Position numbers and translations under genes: made by a program
The notes under the pieces: model-generated
Told to the model about the DNA's origin: nothing
The model's database searches: none
What the model saw: only the letters and a program-made list of their open reading frames with translations
Part shown: piece by piece, positions 63,339 through 64,000 of the stretch
Layout: the number at the start of each line of letters is the position of its first letter
How positions within the stretch are numbered: the stretch's first letter is position 1
Virus record (IMG/VR): IMGVR_UViG_3300028549_001457
Location: 192,001-256,000 of that record
Direction: 5' to 3' (one strand)
DNA from: a virus
Lineage: Duplodnaviria; Caudoviricetes
Length of the DNA stretch: 64,000 nucleotides

Positions 63339-64000
63339 ATGATTATTAACACCCATCTGCATAAGGTTGAGTCTGCTGGAGTTCTTGATAAGTCTAGTTT
63401 TAGCATGGCTAATAATGCACATGCTTTCCAGACTATGTCTGATAGGCTCTACAGCGATAAGGTTACGGCTGTAATCAGGGAAGTTACCATTAATGCAGTG
63501 GACGCTCATATTGAATCAGGTGAGCCTGACCGCCCGGTAGAACTGCACCTTCCAACTGCCCTTGAACCCTATTTTCATGTCCGTGACTTTGGCCCTGGCC
63601 TTTGTCATGAGGATATGATGTATCTATATACAACGTATTTTGCGTCCACCAAGACTGGGGATAACTCTAATACGGGTGGATTTGGCTTGGGGTGTAAAGC
63701 ACCTTTTGCGTATACTTCAACCTTTTCAGTTGAGTCTACGCATCTAGGTGTCACTAGGGTTTATAGCGCCCTTAAAGGTGAAGATGGTAAACCTGAAATG
63801 AACCTTCTTCTGGAAGAAGACCTTGGGAATGCAGATGGCCTTCTTGTTTCTTTGCCTGTAAGGTCTTGGGACCATTCGGAATTTTATCGAAAAGCTGCTA
63901 AAGTTCTTGAGTTGATTCCAGCCTTCACGACTAACCTTTCTGAGTTTACTGCCGCCAAAACTACATATGTGTCTAAGAATTCTACGTGGGGTCTGCGGGA
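63339..64000 (+). CDS. rIIA: rIIA-like GHKL-ATPase protein (5' part; runs off the window)
   Basis: not in the track; MIINT...LYSDKVTAVIREVTINAVDAH...VRDFGPGL...YTTYFASTK...GGFGLGCKAPFAY. Confidence 0.88.
   Translation, partial: MIINTHLHKVESAGVLDKSSFSMANNAHAFQTMSDRLYSDKVTAVIREVTINAVDAHIESGEPDRPVELHLPTALEPYFHVRDFGPGLCHEDMMYLYTTYFASTKTGDNSNTGGFGLGCKAPFAYTSTFSVESTHLGVTRVYSALKGEDGKPEMNLLLEEDLGNADGLLVSLPVRSWDHSEFYRKAAKVLELIPAFTTNLSEFTAAKTTYVSKNSTWGLR

Noticed and set aside
63309-63509. Minus-strand 66-aa track ORF at the window end
   Set aside because: Antisense to the clear rIIA gene starting at 63339, which the track missed because it has no stop in the window.
1-64000. Alternative genetic code (TAG/TGA recoding)
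   Set aside because: Long genes are intact in code 11, TAG and TGA end well-defined genes, and there is no suppressor tRNA.

Overview
64-kb segment of a large (jumbo-type) dsDNA bacteriophage genome, about 43% GC by eye, almost all genes on the + strand, standard genetic code. It has three blocks. (1) 1-16 kb is an RNA/host-takeover island: 10 tRNAs (several structurally atypical, and tRNA-Leu(UAA) is split by an ORF-less group I intron), tmRNA, Ro60/TROVE, four HNH genes, hemerythrin, thioredoxin, several unassigned structured-RNA candidates and a YfiR-histidine kinase-receiver module. (2) 16-54 kb is the virion/packaging block: an intein-containing terminase followed by a free-standing mini-intein, the portal coupled to a PAS-PAS-GGDEF cyclase, DUF2793 tail-fibre genes, a radical SAM-SPASM enzyme next to a split Ig-like repeat protein, polyvalent effector proteins, an RNA ligase and a NUDIX hydrolase. 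(3) 54-64 kb holds early/replication-type genes (SNF2 helicase, minimal ligase, rIIA running off the end). The strongest leads are: the rSAM-SPASM enzyme beside a Cys-tailed split virion protein; the extein-less mini-intein; two solitary CRISPR-repeat mimics; a shared 10-aa N-terminal leader that may target enzymes to the capsid; large unassigned ncRNAs; and an 11-copy ECF-sigma-like promoter. All family assignments are by motif recognition without database searches.
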